A DNA stretch of 64,000 nucleotides from Laetmonice hystrix (Eukaryota), in contig OZ249440.1 of assembly GCA_965235115.1 (NCBI GenBank), forward strand, positions 35,094,001 to 35,158,000. The letters run 5' to 3'. Position numbers and translations under genes: made by a program. This document shows positions 36,501 through 46,920 of this stretch, piece after piece. The notes below the pieces were generated by a model. The model worked only from the letters and a program-made list of their open reading frames with translations, was not told the origin of the DNA and searched no databases. The first letter of the stretch is position 1. The number at the start of each line of letters is the position of its first letter.

Positions 36501-37663
36501 CGTGCACCTTTGTATCTCCATGCCCAAAGAGTTCCCAGAGTACCATATTCCATGGTGTCCTGCCACATGGAATGAGGTACGCACTACCTACGTCATTTGC
36601 CAAGTGGGGAAGCCCATGTTCTTGGCACAAGATGGCAGAGAAGGGCCGGTGAGGAGTAGCGGTGGGATTTTAACGATTACTTTTTTGATCGTTTTGTTTT
36701 GAATTTTTTAGAGGTCCAAGGTGCAAGGTATAGGATTGGTCTACCAGTGTAGCCCTACGTGATATAGCTGTTTTTCCTCGCTTTAATTATTATTGCATGG
36801 CATTATATCTATCATTAACACCACAGTCTGAGTATACGGCCGAATATAGGGTAGTACAATATATATATACTATATATATATATATTTAACACAGTATGAT
36901 ATCCACTGTTTTCCACTCTTTGCAGGTCTGTAGACAGTTGATGTCCCTACCACTGCTCCCCCACGAACACGCGAAACAGGTGTTCGAGCTGGTGGTAGGG
37001 GACATTGGTGATGACGTGCCAGCCCTCGGCGAGCTCGTAAACTACGTGCTGACCACCTGGGTAGAGGGCGCTGTATTCAGCCCTCCAGACTGGACTGTGT
37101 TCGGGCAGGTTATCCGAACGAACAACGATCTCGAGGGCTGGCACTACCGTCTTAATCACCGTGCCAAACGAGGTACTTATACATAGGCTAACAGATTTTT
37201 AAAGTGGAAAACTATTTAGTCATCCGTTAACCTCCGTCAGTGGGCGTCGTAGGCTAATATGATAGGCCTACTCTGTCATAACGTGTTGGTGGGAGTGGGG
37301 TCCATCTATACTCTAACATGTCATGTCTTCGCTTTCTATAAATCGCCTATTATAGATAATATAATGGCATACATGTGGGAATGCTTTCATTTTGCAGGCA
37401 AACTGTCGCTGTACCTGCTGGTGCACCTGCTCCATAAGGAAGCGCGCCTTGTCGGTATGACAGCGGAGCTTGTCCACAGGGAGGACGTCCGGCGCCAACA
37501 ACGGGCAGGGGCAGCTCAAATCACCGCCCGGCTCCAAAAGCTGTGGGACGAGTACCGGAATGGCCATCGTACTGCTCGATCCCTGCTTTCGGCGGGCAGC
37601 AGGCTGGTATGTCCGCGGCCGGCCATGGACGAACCAGTCGAGGAGAGGCAGCAGGGGGTCTAA
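21532..37663 (+). CDS. Spliced MULE transposase with PHD finger and FLYWCH-type zinc finger, 671 aa. Exons: 21532-22152, 22289-22466, 22588-22676, 22844-23097, 23243-23534, 23742-23810, 36926-37172, 37398-37663
   Basis: All introns are GT-AG with consistent phases (exons sum to 2016 nt). PHD C4HC3 (CIEC..CEVC....H..C..CRDC), WRC...C...H.C finger, and catalytic [27 protein letters not shown]. Confidence 0.85.
24795..28757 (-). CDS. Copia gag-pol polyprotein (gag CCHC, protease, integrase, RT, RNase H), ~1320 aa, intact
   Basis: [79 protein letters not shown]. The PR-IN-RT-RH order is Copia-type. The ATG lies within the 5' LTR. Confidence 0.96.
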   Translation of the reverse strand: MSSSTSTGYGPRHRLLFDGDESKYELWEVKFLGHMRLQKLDDVIKPGDDPPDEAKNADAFAELVQYLDDRSLSMIIRDAKNDGRKALKILRDHYQGRGKPRIIALYTELTSLKKGTDECVTDYVIRAETAATSLKDAGETVSDSLLIAMVLKGLPTEFKTFSTVVNQGQQKMDFTDFKVALRNFEETEKCQQSSGAGAPAQDSVMKAKQYDTRTGNEITCYACGKPGHKVYECKSKDKRRRGRWCDNCKSNTHDTKFCRKKDSAKYASVNNDRGTEKYGNSQPHSFAFKASVDHVDVCKPSEDNSYSLLVDCGATAHIINDRSKFEEFDETFDPESHYIELANGTRTNGVASGRGKASVLLYDVNGNPHKAVLENALYVPSYKQNIFSVQAATGKGARVNFTPDFAELKAPDGTIFGIEKRGRLYFLNNTVIGRESSHTVEGWHKILGHCNVRDVLKLEPVVDGMKLSNRSNFKCETCVTGKMPQYRNREPDRRATVPLQLVYCDLAGPVDPVAKDGFRYALSFVDDYSGVNMVYFLKNKSDTVKATEKFIADCAPYGTLKCIRSDNGGEFTSECFESLLVKNCIKHEKTAPYSPHQNGTVERAWRSLFDMSRCLLLEAKLPKRLWTYAVMTSAYIRNRCYNPRIGKTPLEAFTGQKPDLSSMHIFGTVCYAYVQNKKKLDARSERGIFVGYDRGSPAYLVYFQERNEVRRVRCVKFTDSFNDVKENPEPVYEYVETRVSEPVENEPVTDTNENVEVDGNVNKEGDDDTGRYPRRERHRPKYLEDYVTGLENGSNSTVDYCYRVANIPGSYQEAVSSPESWEWQKAMDDEVNALKENDTFELTSLPEGRTVVGGRWVYAVKLGPDGEEQHKARFVAKGYSQVQNIDYQETFSPTARVTSVRMLVQLAVQDNLLIHQMDVKAAYLNAPIDCEIYMEQPEGYKVRSESGEKLVYKLKKSLYGLKQSGRNWNNMLHAYLLEQGFQQSQTDLCVYHRFSEDSRATIVIWVDDIIIAASDEYTLYSVKDALCRRFRMKDLGKLSWYLGIEFKCGNDSIEMNQKKYLEKVLCKFKMEDCKPRATPCEPGSGNVRDEDSTELADARLYREIVGSLIYCMTATRPDLCYIVTKLSQHMANPTKAHLNMGKHVLRYLKGTLDYRLKFRKSDVPLKLSGFCDADWGASEDRRSITGYGFQLSENGPLISWKSRKQQTVALSTCEAEYMALAAATQEAKFLSQLLKDMKGPEEKQSVLLYVDNQSAIALAKNPVQHQRSKHIDIRYHFVRLEVQRETITLKYIQSEDNVADVFTKPVTKVKLTKFVNLGGT
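28723..28736 (-). promoter_or_regulatory. Copia primer-binding site of the half-tRNA(iMet) type
   Basis: GGTTATGGGCCCAG directly follows the 5' LTR. It is the same PBS sequence as Drosophila copia, which is primed by a tRNA-iMet 5' fragment. Confidence 0.8.
31699..32795. mobile_element. Non-autonomous TIR element in a Kolobok intron
   Basis: Perfect 19-bp TIR CGGCTCAGTCACAATCAGG / CCTGATTGTGACTGAGCCG. Flanks are TGTT and TCTT (an imperfect 4-bp TSD). Confidence 0.75.
31935..32418 (+). pseudogene. Decayed 3' fragment of the Nimb-like LINE ORF2 and 3' UTR, without the (TCAC)n tail
   Basis: Matches 17222-17703 (CCAAGAGGGCTCTTGAAACAGA...GGGCTGACAGGA) with indels. Confidence 0.9.
35339..36459 (-). 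CDS. KolX: Kolobok accessory protein, KolX/P2X7-ballast-like Cys-rich protein. Exons: 36459-36144, 35817-35685, 35516-35339
   Basis: YQFEP, WCTCGHC...E.VCC, CIT.NEHF..LCL...[19 protein letters not shown]...[17 protein letters not shown]. Introns are GT-AG and in phase, and the gene is convergent with the transposase. Confidence 0.8.
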
Positions 37664-37835
37664 GGAACCTGACTGTCACGATGTGTGTGTGAGTGAGTGA
37701 GTGAGTGAGTAGTGGTGGTTTTGCGCCGTGTCGGCATCTGGGGCCATATTCACGGCGAAAACAGAGTTATAAGACCATAAAACCAAAGGAACCTATTTTA
37801 TCCCGGGTCCCAACGGGAACACCACCAAAACACAT

Positions 37836-40800
37836 CTATAAAAGATTCAGAAGTCCAGCCTCTGACAAGAACTCTAAAATCACTCCTGGTCTGATATTGC
37901 TAAAAAGATCCTTAAGACTTGTCTCATTATAAAACCTTTGTCTGATGAGAGTAAAATCACCACATTCGAGTAAAAGATGCTTCAGTGTCAAAGGACACTG
38001 ACAGCCATGACATTCTGGAGGTGGCTCCCCCTTCAATAAAAACACATGAGTTAATCTAGAATGACCAACTCTGCATCGAGTAAAAACAATTTCATGCCTC
38101 CGTTGGGTTAGGCCATGATGATACCTTTGGTTTACGATGGGACTGATCTGATACAACTTATTGTTTGGTTGTTCATCCCATTCGGCCTGCCATTTGTTTT
38201 TAACATAAGCCCAGATGGTAGGTCTGAGGTCAGAGGCTGGGATTGGACACAATTCGACGTCTGTTTCAAGAGCTCTCTTGGCAGTTCTGTCTGCTTGCTC
38301 ATTGCCGGGGATGCCAACATGACCAGGCACCCAGCAAAAGTGAATGTCAAAGTTTGCATTGGCAAGCATTGCCAACTTGGACAAGATTCGAACGATCACT
38401 GGGTGATCTGTGTTCAAGTTAGCAAGTGCTTGCAGACAGGATAAGGAATCCGAGAAAATAAGGAAGTCCTTTTTGCCCGAAACTTCAATATTTTGAGGGG
38501 CAAGAAGCAGGGCCCGGGCCTCTGCTGAGAAGATGGAACTTTGCCCTGAGATGCGGGTGCCGAAGTTGTGTTTGCCATGAACTGCTGCCGCAGACACATC
38601 ACTGCCATCCTTTGAGCCATCAGTATAGAAGGCATAATGAGACGGATACCTTGCCTGGACGTCAAGGAAATGGTCAAAATATGTCAGGGGATGAGTCTCC
38701 GACTTCTTCAGTTGAGCCAACTGAAGGATGACATCAGGCTTTTCTAGGTCCCAAGGAGGGATATTGCAAAAGTGTGTCTGCCCCAGGACGTTCAGATCCA
38801 CATCCAGTTCCTCTAGATGAGGTTTCACCCTCAGCCCAAAAGGACGTATGTACGTTTCCTTTCTTTCATATAAATGTTGGAACTGAGGGTGAAAGACGCA
38901 ATTGTAAGCTGGATTTGAACTGTTTGTCCTGAGCTTGACTGCATACTGCAGAGCCAGCTTCATACGCCTGTTGTAAAGCGAGGGCTCTCTGGCCTCCACA
39001 TAGAGGCTCTGAACAGGAGACGTTCTAAAAGCCCCAAGTGAAAGCCGCAAACCCTGGTGGTGAACCGTGTCCAAAAGCCGTATGTAAGACTTACAAGCAG
39101 AGCCGTAAACTATGCTGCCGTAATCGAGCTTCGACCGGATTAAAGCTCTGTACAGTTGTAAAAGGACTGTACTGTCTGCCCCCCAGTTTGTGCCAGATAA
39201 AACCTTGAGAACATCCAGAGCCTTAAGGCATCTGGATTTGAGCGATTTAATGTGAGGAATAAAAGACAGCTTGCTGTCAAAAGTGAGACCAAGAAACTTT
39301 GTCTCTTTAACAACTTTGACAGGATCTCCATCCATTGTCAACTCGGGGTCAAGATGGAAGGCACGCAGCTTGCAAAAGTGCATGCAGACCGTTTTAGATT
39401 TGGAAAACTTAAAACCATTTTCCACTGACCAAGTATGGATTCTATTAAGACAGAGTTGAAGTTGTCTTTCAATGGCATTCATGTTTTTGCCTCTGCAGCA
39501 GACGTTAAAGTCATCAACGAACAGGCTGCAGGGCATGCCAGTTTTAACCGAGTTAACAATGCTGTTGATCTTAAGACTAAAAAGGGTAACAGACAAAATG
39601 CTTCCCTGAGGCACACCTAATTCTTGGTCATGCAAGTCAGAGAGGGTAGTGCCTACTCTGACTTGAAAGTGTCTGTTTGATAAAAACCGAGATATGAAAA
39701 TGGGCAAACGCCCCCTAAAACCCATATCATGCAAATCTTTTAAAATGCCGTACTTCCATGTTGTGTCGTATGCCTTTTCTAGGTCAAAAAAGACGGCAAC
39801 AACATGTTCACGGTTGATAAAAGCATCTCGGATGTATGTCTCGAGTCTGATTAGATGATCAAGAGTACTTCTCCCTCGCCGGAAGCCACACTGAAACTTG
39901 GTTATGAGCTGCTCAGACTCTAGCTTCCAGACAAGGCGATCATTAATCATTCTCTCCATGGTTTTGCACAGGCAACTTGTTAAGGCTATTGGTCTGTAAT
40001 TGTTAGCTTCACTATGGTCTTTTCCTGGTTTTGGGATGGGGATGATTATTGCCTCTTGCCAGGAAAGGGGTATATTACCAGTTATCCAGATATTGTTGAA
40101 AATGTGAAGAAGTATGCGAAGGGTGGTATCAGGTAAATGTTTTAAAAATTGGTAATGTATTTTGTCAGGTCCAACTGCAGTGTCCTGTGATTTTTTAAGA
40201 GAGCATTTGAGTTCTTCAATAGAGAAGAGTTGGTTGTACTCTTCTCTGTTGTCCGAGTTGAAGTTTAGTTTCTGTTTCTCTTTGCGAGCACGAATGGCTT
40301 GGAATTCAGGGAGGCAGTTCCTGGAGGAGGAGTTTGTTTGAAAGGTGTCAGCCAGTTTGTTTGCTATTGCATCTGTGGTGGTTAGTAAGGTGTCTTGATG
40401 TTTTAAGTGTTGGACTCCAGTACCACCTCCCTTGCCTTTAAGTTTCCGTATCATGTTCCAGACTTTTTTGATGGGAGTACGAGAGGTCAGGCTGGAGACA
40501 TAGTCTCTCCAGCTCTGCCTCCGTCTCTCTTTACAGATACGGCGTGCCCTTGCTCTCATGATTTTATAATTAGTAAGGTTTACTGCAGTTGGATGCCTGT
40601 TGAAAAGGCGTTCTGCCTTTTTCCGGTCTTTAATTGCTTGCTTGCATTCATCATTAAACCATGGATTCGAGACATGTTTAGGAATTGTCGAGGTTTTAGG
40701 AATTGTCTTGTCTGCAATGGAGATCAAAAGTGAGGTAAAATCATCCATTGCTTCAGGATTGTTAATGTTGTCTGCTGTGAATTCCTCCCGACAGAGGGTC

Positions 40801-41519
40801 TGGAAGGAGTGCCAGTCGGCTTTTTTAAGTTGCCACCTTTGTTGTTTTTCCCCCATGTCAGGCCCTTCATAGGTAAGAATGGTGGGAAAGTGGTCACTCC
40901 CGCAAAGGTCGTCCCAGACCCTCCAGGAGAAATCCAGCAGCAGATCTGGTTCAGCTATTGCAAGGTCAATGGCTGTATAAGTGCCATGACCGGGATGTAA
41001 GTATGTGCTTGAACCATCATTAAAAATGCATAGAGCATGATTATCAATGAACTCTTCAATCCTCTTGCCCTTGCCATCAGTTGTGGTGCCACCCCATAAG
41101 GGATTGTGGCCATTAAAATCTCCCAAGAGGAGATATGGAGTTGGCAGTTGACCCACTAGATCATCAAGATCCTGGTGGGCCAAGTTACTGTTTGGAGGAA
41201 TGTATATGGAGCAGATAGTGATGGCTTTATGCAGAGTTAGGCGTATGGCTATTGCTTGTAACGGTGTGTCTATTGTAACAGGGCTATGGATGAGGTCTTG
41301 TCGAACCAGAATGGCAGTGCCGCCAGCAGCACGGTCACCATCTGGTGCAAAACCAAAGAAAGACTGATAGCCCTTAAATGAGACCTTGTCTCGGGCAGTA
41401 AGAAATGTTTCTTGTAGGCAAAGGGCAAGAGGATTGAGGTTTTCTGCTAAAAGTCTGAGTTCATTAAAATTGGCTCTAAAACCTCGACAATTCCACTGGA
41501 GGAAGCACTTGCCTGCCAT
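37836..41519 (-). CDS. LINE ORF2 (APE-RT-RNase H-CCHC), intact
   Basis: Same motifs as 14020-17667 in an uninterrupted ~1227-aa frame. Confidence 0.95.
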   Translation of the reverse strand: MAGKCFLQWNCRGFRANFNELRLLAENLNPLALCLQETFLTARDKVSFKGYQSFFGFAPDGDRAAGGTAILVRQDLIHSPVTIDTPLQAIAIRLTLHKAITICSIYIPPNSNLAHQDLDDLVGQLPTPYLLLGDFNGHNPLWGGTTTDGKGKRIEEFIDNHALCIFNDGSSTYLHPGHGTYTAIDLAIAEPDLLLDFSWRVWDDLCGSDHFPTILTYEGPDMGEKQQRWQLKKADWHSFQTLCREEFTADNINNPEAMDDFTSLLISIADKTIPKTSTIPKHVSNPWFNDECKQAIKDRKKAERLFNRHPTAVNLTNYKIMRARARRICKERRRQSWRDYVSSLTSRTPIKKVWNMIRKLKGKGGGTGVQHLKHQDTLLTTTDAIANKLADTFQTNSSSRNCLPEFQAIRARKEKQKLNFNSDNREEYNQLFSIEELKCSLKKSQDTAVGPDKIHYQFLKHLPDTTLRILLHIFNNIWITGNIPLSWQEAIIIPIPKPGKDHSEANNYRPIALTSCLCKTMERMINDRLVWKLESEQLITKFQCGFRRGRSTLDHLIRLETYIRDAFINREHVVAVFFDLEKAYDTTWKYGILKDLHDMGFRGRLPIFISRFLSNRHFQVRVGTTLSDLHDQELGVPQGSILSVTLFSLKINSIVNSVKTGMPCSLFVDDFNVCCRGKNMNAIERQLQLCLNRIHTWSVENGFKFSKSKTVCMHFCKLRAFHLDPELTMDGDPVKVVKETKFLGLTFDSKLSFIPHIKSLKSRCLKALDVLKVLSGTNWGADSTVLLQLYRALIRSKLDYGSIVYGSACKSYIRLLDTVHHQGLRLSLGAFRTSPVQSLYVEAREPSLYNRRMKLALQYAVKLRTNSSNPAYNCVFHPQFQHLYERKETYIRPFGLRVKPHLEELDVDLNVLGQTHFCNIPPWDLEKPDVILQLAQLKKSETHPLTYFDHFLDVQARYPSHYAFYTDGSKDGSDVSAAAVHGKHNFGTRISGQSSIFSAEARALLLAPQNIEVSGKKDFLIFSDSLSCLQALANLNTDHPVIVRILSKLAMLANANFDIHFCWVPGHVGIPGNEQADRTAKRALETDVELCPIPASDLRPTIWAYVKNKWQAEWDEQPNNKLYQISPIVNQRYHHGLTQRRHEIVFTRCRVGHSRLTHVFLLKGEPPPECHGCQCPLTLKHLLLECGDFTLIRQRFYNETSLKDLFSNIRPGVILEFLSEAGLLNLL

Positions 41520-42784
41520 CAAGGTGGTTTGACAGGCAAACGCCCCCTACTTTTAATTTTTGGGGAAAGGCTGCGACTACGGCAAGATGTAGCGTCAGCC
41601 ATTTCAACATCTTGAAGATGCTGAAACTTGTTGGTTAGTGCTATTGCACTATTGTTGGAGGCTGCCTTGGGCAGCCGATCTGTGATAATTTTCTTTTTTG
41701 TTTTGTCTTTTGTTTGAGAGGGATTAACTGAGTCTTTTTGGGGAGTAGTGGGGGGTTTGCTCGGTCCGGCCTGTGGAGGAGGATCCGAGGTTGTCTGGCT
41801 CTGTGTGTTGACAGCTTTTTTCGGTGGTTGACTCGTGTTGTCAGTGGGATCAGTGTAGGTCGCGGGCACATCCCTCTTGACCCACACCATCTCCGTTTGA
41901 CACGCGAATGTCCGTGTGGTAGGTTTCGTAGCGGCAGCATAGGTTTTTACAGTTGGTGGAAGCATATACTGCTCCACCAACTTGCGTGCCTCAGGGAAAC
42001 TTATCTTTCTCTCTGTTTTTACCTTAAGAATTTCCTTTTCCTTTTTCCACACAGAACAATCGCGCGAAATGGCAGAATGGCCTTCCCCGCAGTTGGCACA
42101 TTTGGCAGGTTGTTGACAGTTGTTATGTTCATGCCCTTTTTCAGAGCATTTGGCACATTTCTGCTCATTCTGACACGAGTCGGTCCCATGTCCAAACCTC
42201 TGGCATTTAAAGCACCTAAGAGGGTTTGGGATGTATGGGTCCACTTTTACTTTCAAGAACCCAACCTCGAGTTCCTCTGGTAGAGTGGGCTTGTCAAAAG
42301 TGAGGAAGTAAGTGTGTGTCTTTATGGTATTACCATCTCTTTTCACAATCAGCCTCCTCACTTCGGACACACCCTGCCAGCTCAATCCAGCAAGGATCTC
42401 CTCTTCTGGTGTTGTATCTAAGGAGTTTGTGCGAATAACACCCTTGCTGGAGTTGAGTGACCGGTGCCGAGAGCCCTTAATGCCGTAACCCGCCAGCGTT
42501 GTCGCACGTAGCAGGTTCTCAGCTTGGGCCCTCGTGGCACACTCTACCAAAAGTTGGCCAGATCTTAATCTTTTGCAGTCCTTGACTGTTCCAGCTATCC
42601 CCAGTATGCCTTTATGAATGGCAAATGGGGATAGCTTGGAAAGTGGTCTTTCAGGGTCAGAGGGTTCAATAACAATGAATCTTGGCCATTCTACTGCAGT
42701 TTGATGTTCGTCATCCACAGACCGGTCCGAGTCGTCATCAGTAAGTTTCAGCATTTTACGTTTGGTGGGGTTTTTGGATGCCAT
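41519..42784 (-). CDS. LINE ORF1 with three CCHC knuckles
   Basis: Homologous to 12725-14020. The ATG is at 42784 (MASKNP). Confidence 0.9.
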   Translation of the reverse strand: MASKNPTKRKMLKLTDDDSDRSVDDEHQTAVEWPRFIVIEPSDPERPLSKLSPFAIHKGILGIAGTVKDCKRLRSGQLLVECATRAQAENLLRATTLAGYGIKGSRHRSLNSSKGVIRTNSLDTTPEEEILAGLSWQGVSEVRRLIVKRDGNTIKTHTYFLTFDKPTLPEELEVGFLKVKVDPYIPNPLRCFKCQRFGHGTDSCQNEQKCAKCSEKGHEHNNCQQPAKCANCGEGHSAISRDCSVWKKEKEILKVKTERKISFPEARKLVEQYMLPPTVKTYAAATKPTTRTFACQTEMVWVKRDVPATYTDPTDNTSQPPKKAVNTQSQTTSDPPPQAGPSKPPTTPQKDSVNPSQTKDKTKKKIITDRLPKAASNNSAIALTNKFQHLQDVEMADATSCRSRSLSPKIKSRGRLPVKPP

Positions 42785-45700
42785 GGTTGTGTTATAGTGG
42801 TTCACCAACCCTATTCCCCACCCTCCACGGAGCCCAACAAGGGGAAGTGCAGAGCTGCGGTATCCGGCAGTTGCAAAACAAGGATATAGGGTTGGTATAC
42901 TCAAGGAATGGAACGAAAGAGGGTGTTGCCATTACTTGATTGACCCTAGCCACCGCCTTCTAGGAGCAAAGAATAAATAGTTACGATAGATGTTGCCTAT
43001 TGCGATAGAGCATTAAATGCACTAGAAAGTAAAGTTTACTTAATATATAAAATCCTAGGGCAAGGCGTGACCAGCCGATTGATTGGATCGGGCCTCTCCA
43101 ACCTCCCGTCTAGGTGAAGTAGGAGCCAAAGCACCGTGTTGGACCTGTGAAAAGCCGCAGCAATTCACCATCCTCAGGTACCAGGACCTCTTCCTCCACC
43201 GACACGAGTCGCGACTCACGGCAAACAAGTCGCCCCATTTATTCGCCTCTTACGAACAGCCAGGGGGGGCTGGGGAACATTCTTACCCCGGTCCCCACGG
43301 GGGGATGTGTGTGTGTGTGGGGGGTCAATATAGACTCTATGCATAGCAGAAGTGGTGTTAAGTGCTGTTTCCCACCGACATAAATTATTCTGTTCTTTAT
43401 TATTTATTCTTTAATAACCAAGAAATCCTCAATAGGCCCTATTTACGATGTGAAGTCGAACAAAAGATATAGGTCTATCCGTAACTTGGACGAAATGAAG
43501 CATGGGGCGGGTCTCGGCACTAGACCTCTACTGGTCGACCTACTCGCTTTGTTAAAGACAACTCTCTGCAACACATTATATAACTAGGCCTATACTAATG
43601 AGAGATGATAGGGCCTATATTTGTAAAAAGTCAGAGGGTATACGATCGTGACATAAGTCCGTGACATAAAAATGTATGGATGTATTTGTATATATTGTTA
43701 GGCTATTAGCTATAGTAGGCTATATGTTGTATATTGTATTGTAGCCCTATATTACCTGCTAATGAGAGATGATAGAGGCCTAGGCCTATTTGCAAAAGGT
43801 CATGGGTACGATCGCCGCAAGGCGTGACATAAAAATGTAGGCTATAGGCCTATCATATGAATGTATTATATTGTATATGTGTATATAGAATGATTAAAGC
43901 TTGGGATTCCGAGATTTGTCTGTTACATGCCACTCGATATTGTTATGAAATTAGGCCCTAGTCCTAGAGTCTGGGCCAAATTATTGTCAAAAATAATTAG
44001 GCCTATCCATAATCCTGCCCAAACATAAATTAGGCCTAGAGTCTAGTCGCAAGTAGAGCCATTGCAAGATTTACTTAGGGCCTATTGCAAGACTGCATAG
44101 GCTACACACTAACCTTTAGTGTACGATGTATAGGCCTATGGCTCAGTATAATTATTAAAAGAAATAAAATCAGAAAAAAAATATGCCGTGTTGACGGAAC
44201 ATCGGGGCAGGGGCCGTGCGCCGGAGAGTCCCGCCCGCTATCCCGGGGGCCCCATCGGCATGGTACCGTCCGAGTCGTAAACTGTTTACCGACTTCCCCG
44301 CCCGCAAGTCCGAAAGTTGCGCCGGCAGAACGGCGACTACGCTGGGAGATCGGCACTACTCTGGGCGAGGTTCCATAGGATAAACCTCTGGCGGTGGGCA
44401 TTACGTCATATGCTATTTTTAGCACATTGTGACGGTTGCGCCCCCTACAGGACGAATAAATTGCCTATACTTTATAATGGGAAGCCAGTGCTTGCTGAAG
44501 GAAATCTATAATTGCGGTGGTGTTTATTGGCTCTTAATTTTTAAACTTGGCAAGGGTATTTATAACATATCAAGGAATAATGGTGCAAAATCAGATCATT
44601 AAGAGCCAAATATTGCACCTTTTACAAGGGGGTGAACTTGCAGTGTTGTATAGCCTGATCATGCAGGCACAGTTTCACACGACTATGATATTTGACGGAA
44701 CAGTCCTATTGTCATCACTCAGATATTGTGACGTCACAATACTTTTGGAACTTAAACAATAGGGCCTAATTTCTAACGTCACAATAGTGGCCGATATGAC
44801 GTCATGATAGCCGCCAGGCTGTTCCCCCCCGAACGGCCGCCCAGGCTAGATCGGCACATGCGCTCCTCCCACTTGCCCGTGACCCTTCGGACGAGCGGGC
44901 GCAGCACGCGGGGGCTCCGCCGGCCGGCGGAGCCCCCGCGTGCTGCGCCCGCTCGTCCGTAGGTTATTACGGGCGGCCGATTTCGAGCGGCGGCCGATTT
45001 CGATCGAGACCTCGTGTATAAGCGATAATCGGGTATCCCAGCGCATTTAAACTTTCCATATTGTCCCAATCAATGGATACGTCATAATACCTACCTGATT
45101 GTTGTGTAGTCACCATATTTCATTTGGTCTAGTATTAGTAACAGTTGTCATAGGTCACATGCCACTTTATGGCCGCTTCCAACCTGTTGTTTTGTTGTTC
45201 TCGACTTGGCGCCCGCACTCGCGCTCCCTCAGACACCAGTATCCCGCAGCGGCGTCCCTGACTGCGCCCAAGCTTTTACATCCCTGACTGCGCCCATTAC
45301 ATCTCCGAGCAGGCCCAAGCGATATGCCTCTAGATACATGCGATGTGGATGTTTTTACTCTATATCCTGCCTAGATCTACTCATTTATACTGAGGCGCGT
45401 GTCCGGGGGTGGGGTCCAGGGGGTCCGTCCGGACCCCCCTGCTCCCACAGAGCATATTTTTTTCTAATCTAAGCATTCCCGCCGTTTTGAACCCGTTCGG
45501 CGATTTTTTCTAAGCATTTCCGCCTGTTGAGCGATAAATCTACAAAATATAATGCCCTAAAATGGCCCCTAAATGGCGCGGAATCACGTTATAGGCGGCT
45601 GAAAATATGGTTTTATCCCAATTGCTAAATGGATTCCTAGATCTCAAAAACATGCAGGTTAGACACCAAAATTACTTGTCTAGGGTGAATTATGAAGGAT

Positions 45701-46502
45701 TCATGGGCATATTCATAGTTTGGCGGCCATATTGGTCCGCCATCTTGGATTTAACAATGATGTAATCACTTCACTATAATTTAAGTATGCTAATTAGATT
45801 CCTAGATCCCAAAATATGGGGTTAGGCACCAAAATTACTTGCCTAGGATGAATAGGAGTCATGGGCATTTTCGTAGTTTAGCGGCCATATTGGTCCGCCA
45901 TCTGGGATTTAACAATTATGTAATCACTTCACCATAATTTAAATATGCTAATTAGATTCCTAGATCCCAAAAACTTGGGTTTAGGCACCAAAATTACTTG
46001 TCTAGGATGAATAATGGAGGAGTAATGGTAACTAGGTCAAAGGATTTCCAAATATTGCATCAATCATATCATGCAATATGTCAAATAAAAGGAAATTCAA
46101 GGAGAAAAGTGTTGGTGCTTATTTGGTATTCATATCTTAAATGGTTTTATAAATATAAATTACTAAAGTGGTTACCCGTCTGAAATATTTTCTGCCACTT
46201 TTTCAACATTTTATGCGACTTGCTCAATTATGACAATACACTGCAGTCTAAATTATGCTGGATAGGTTTTTTTTATTGTTCCTTATACAAAACTAGTCCA
46301 CTAATATCTGAAGATCCCCACTGTCCAAGTCACTTTGTAGCTGGTAGACATATACCACTTCTTTCTGGTCATATGCCACATTGAACCATGCAGGAAACCC
46401 AGGTACCTGAAATATCAACAATCCTGTGTTAGAATAGTGACTCGTGTAAATATCAGTCATCTGTACCTTTATATATCCTACCTACCTACCCTAGGTAAGT
46501 AG

Positions 46503-46920
46503 CAGTGGCGGATCCAGGGGGAGGGCGCAGGGGCGCGCCCCCCCCCTTTCTGGCCGTCACAAGATAAAAACCTCCTAAAAAAATGTTTTTGCCTCGCTAC
46601 GCTCGGCAGGATTTCATGTCCAGAGGCATAGTTGTGTTGCTGTTGGACTTTAGGAGGGCCTTTTTAGGGGCCCGATGTTACTATCACGTACAGGAGGCTT
46701 TTGACAAAAAAAATTGTTGGAATCCTGGTTTCAGGGGCATCTTCACCCCCACCCCCATAAGAAAATTTAAGGGGATGGGCCCCTGGATTGCAGTGTTGAT
46801 GCGATCTACTTTTTTAGTGGAGGAAATAAATAATTTAATTAAATTGTCTGTGATTGAATTTTTGCGCCCCCCTTAACAAAATATGCGCCCCCTCCTTAAA
46901 CAAATCCTGGATCCGCCACT
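46503..46920. mobile_element. hAT-like MITE
   Basis: TIR (C)AGTGGCGGATCCAGG / CCTGGATCCGCCACT, with TAAGTAG repeated on both flanks (partial TSD). Confidence 0.7.

Larger units (their letters stand above)
23924..36782 (+). mobile_element. Kolobok-type DNA transposon in intron 6 of the MULE transposase (ends tentative)
   Basis: THAP-DDE transposase with a convergent KolX-like gene. Candidate ends are TTAA|AG at 23920-23925 and CT|TTAA at 36781-36786, but TIR similarity beyond 2 nt is poor. Confidence 0.75.
37692..43303 (-). mobile_element. Full-length Nimb-like LINE, copy 3 (diverged subfamily)
   Basis: (TCAC)n tail at 37692-37710, a 12-bp TSD GATGTGTGTGTG at 37680-37691 and 43304-43315, and a 5' end matching copy 1. 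Confidence 0.95.
19691..45011 (+). mobile_element. Mutator-like element (MULE), 25.3 kb including nested insertions
   Basis: TIRs GGT....ATCGAAATCGGCCGCCGCTCGAAATCGGCCGCCCGTAA at both ends, an 8-bp TSD TCGTGTAT at 19683-19690 and 45012-45019, and a spliced MULE transposase inside. Confidence 0.9.
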
